Source of the DNA: Veleropilina oligotropha
Lineage: Eukaryota
Length of the DNA stretch: 64,000 nucleotides
NCBI GenBank assembly: GCA_048128005.1
Contig: JBEUKZ010000079.1
Span: forward strand, 1 to 64,000
Reading direction: 5' to 3'
A model generated the notes under the pieces. That model searched no databases and was not told where the DNA came from. It saw nothing but the letters and a program-made list of their open reading frames with translations. Below, piece by piece: positions 62,382 to 64,000 of the stretch (position 1 is its first letter; every line of letters begins with the position of its first letter). The translations under genes were made by a program, and so were the position numbers.

Positions 62382-62810
62382 ATGGCTTCCATTGCGATGC
62401 TGGTTGGGGGCGCTCTCGTCAACGCCCTCGCCTTCAGCGGCTCCAACTTCCTCTTCTCGAAGCTACGCAGCTCCGGTGTCGATGCGGAGCGTAAACGCCA
62501 CGACATTGCTGTAGAACAGCTCAACGCTGCTCAGACTAAATGGTCACAACAGAGGGCAGAGCGTCTCGACTGGCTGAACGTTGAACTTCGCCGCCAGGGT
62601 CATGCCGTTGGCACATTCCGGGATGTTGACGCCGCGATCCGTGAGTATGCATTGATCACCGGCAAGAACCTTGACCCCGACCTGGGGGGTGGCCCTGAGC
62701 CCGCCCTGTCTGACTACTACACACCGAGCGATGCCCAGAAGGGACGTGAGATCACCTTCATCATCCTGGGGATGGCTGCGACCGGGTTGGTCGCCTACAA
62801 GCTCGCCTAA
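62382..62810 (+). CDS. Membrane protein (142 aa): hydrophobic N- and C-termini around a coiled coil
   Basis: First ATG at 62382 (MASIAMLVGGALVNALAFSG); C-terminal ITFIILGMAATGLVAYKL. Confidence 0.78.
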   Translation: MASIAMLVGGALVNALAFSGSNFLFSKLRSSGVDAERKRHDIAVEQLNAAQTKWSQQRAERLDWLNVELRRQGHAVGTFRDVDAAIREYALITGKNLDPDLGGGPEPALSDYYTPSDAQKGREITFIILGMAATGLVAYKLA

Positions 62811-62850
62811 TTATTTCCAGTGGACATTTTTTTCGTTGGCATGTATAGTA

Positions 62851-63072
62851 ATGGGGCTCCCAGAAGAGCTGTACTGCGCTATGCTTGCGGTCGGCTATAG
62901 TACTACGTTACTCGACTGCTGGCGCCGCGACGAAAAGACTATGGTGCGGTTCGCGGTCCTGGTGCTCTCGGGCCCGACCAACCTACGGGCGACCACTGCG
63001 CAGCGACCGGCTCCGGAAGCTGAAGCCTGTTGGAGACTGATCAGTTTACTGGAATACATTGCTGATGGATAG
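62851..63072 (+). CDS. Small hypothetical protein (73 aa)
   Basis: ATG at 62851 after TATAGTA; fills the gap to the integrase and overlaps its start by 8 nt. Confidence 0.45.
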   Translation: MGLPEELYCAMLAVGYSTTLLDCWRRDEKTMVRFAVLVLSGPTNLRATTAQRPAPEAEACWRLISLLEYIADG

Positions 63073-64000
63073 TAAGCTTGCGAGGATGTACTACAGCCCT
63101 AAGGGCTACTGGAAAGGCATTGCCGCGATAAAGAAACTAGCTGACGCTGCCAAGGCGTCTGAAGTGGAGGCCCGGACATGGCTTAAGAGGCAGGCTATAT
63201 GGCAGATCTATTTACCTGCGCCACGGCGGATTCCAAGACCAAAATTCGACGTCGTAACGCCAAACGAGGTTCACCAAGCCGACCTCCTGTTTCTCCCCCA
63301 TGACAAGGTCAGACACAAGACCTATAAGTACGCTTTGACTGTGGTTGATGTGGCCAGTCGCTTTAAAGAGGCTGAGCCTCTGGTCACAAAAGAGGCCAAA
63401 GGGGTTGCTGAAGCTCTGTCTCGAATCTACAGGCGGAGTCCTCTTAGCTGGCCGAAATTGCTTCAGGTTGATCCAGGGCGGGAGTTTATGGGCGCGGTGT
63501 CCCAGCTGCTGGCAAAGAATAACGTCGAGGTTAGGCGTGGCCGTGTGGATATCCATCGCGATCAGGGCATTGTGGAGCGCTTCAACCGGACGCTCGCTGA
63601 GCGGCTCTTCGGGCACCAGTATGCAACAGAGATGCGGTTTGCAGAGTCTGCGAAAGAGGGTCAAAGGTCAACTGAGTGGGTCGCCCGGTTAGCAGCTGTT
63701 GTTGCGGCGTTGAATGGGGAAGTGACCAGGCTGACCGGTAAAAAGCCCAAGGACGCCATCAAGGCACCTCGCGTTGCACAAAAGCCAGGCGCCACTGTTC
63801 CAGGCCGACAGGGGAAGGAACAGAAACTCCCCTCTGACGTAGATGTTCGCTACCTTTACTACGATGGTGAGCTGGAGGGGGGTCATCGCCGTGCTACTGA
63901 CCCGGTGTGGTCTCTAAAAGTTTACAGGCTTGGACGCTCCGTCACTAAGCCTGACGAGCCTGTGCTCTACTACTTGCTGGATGGACCACCGCGTGGCTTC
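63065..64000 (+). CDS. Retroviral-like DDE integrase (Polinton type), 3' end beyond the window
   Basis: Manual translation, open to the window end: MDSKLARMYYSPKGYWKG..HQADLLFLP..YKYALTVVDVASRF..LQVDPGREF..QGIVERFNRTLAERLF; catalytic D..D-x34-E; absent from the ORF track because no stop codon is reached. Confidence 0.93.
   Translation, partial: MDSKLARMYYSPKGYWKGIAAIKKLADAAKASEVEARTWLKRQAIWQIYLPAPRRIPRPKFDVVTPNEVHQADLLFLPHDKVRHKTYKYALTVVDVASRFKEAEPLVTKEAKGVAEALSRIYRRSPLSWPKLLQVDPGREFMGAVSQLLAKNNVEVRRGRVDIHRDQGIVERFNRTLAERLFGHQYATEMRFAESAKEGQRSTEWVARLAAVVAALNGEVTRLTGKKPKDAIKAPRVAQKPGATVPGRQGKEQKLPSDVDVRYLYYDGELEGGHRRATDPVWSLKVYRLGRSVTKPDEPVLYYLLDGPPRGF

Larger units (their letters stand above)
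52108..64000. mobile_element. Endogenous Polinton/Maverick (adintovirus-like) virus, left ~11.9 kb; continues beyond the window
   Basis: Abrupt break in a HINE unit, 5'-AG terminus (AGCAGCAG), repeat-rich terminal region, then tightly packed intronless ORFs for penton, major capsid, packaging ATPase and integrase; visibly more GC- and CpG-rich than the host DNA. Confidence 0.93.

Noticed and set aside
54698..63886. Antisense or off-frame ORFs inside the Polinton (e.g. 54698-55132, 56899-57390, 58671-59258, 59062-59502, 61447-61980, 63212-63664, 63345-63692)
   Set aside because: Shadows of longer motif-bearing genes in GC-rich sequence
52108..64000. Bacterial prophage or contaminant contig
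   Set aside because: The gene set (rve integrase, double-jelly-roll capsid, A32-like ATPase), TATA/Kozak signals and base-exact insertion into a host repeat fit a eukaryotic Polinton; no consistent Shine-Dalgarno sites noticed

Overview
AT-rich, repeat-dense eukaryotic DNA from an invertebrate, probably a lophotrochozoan (inferred from the repeat and GPCR types). 1-29.6 kb is ordinary host DNA: decayed CR1 and L2-group LINE fragments, SINE copies, fold-back MITEs, micro- and minisatellites, a decayed PIN-like nuclease ORF, one apparently intact class A GPCR gene (27397-28287) and a decayed paralog (about 10585-11347). 29.6-52.1 kb is a ~22.5 kb head-to-tail array of Helentron/DINE-like non-autonomous elements (HINEs), with a nested 588-bp non-autonomous Helitron. 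At 52108 the array is interrupted mid-unit by the left end of a GC-richer, gene-dense, apparently intact endogenous Polinton/Maverick (adintovirus-like) virus that runs off the window end. It encodes double-jelly-roll major capsid, minor capsid (penton), A32/FtsK-like packaging ATPase and a DDE integrase; the integrase is missing from the ORF track because it has no stop in the window. Unusual cargo includes about seven predicted membrane proteins (one with adjacent PSAP and LYPxL late-domain-like motifs), a secreted 8-cysteine protein, and a left-end gene whose TATA promoter is preceded by repeated heat-shock-element-like and ACGT-core motifs. Family assignments come from motif recognition by eye; no searches were run.
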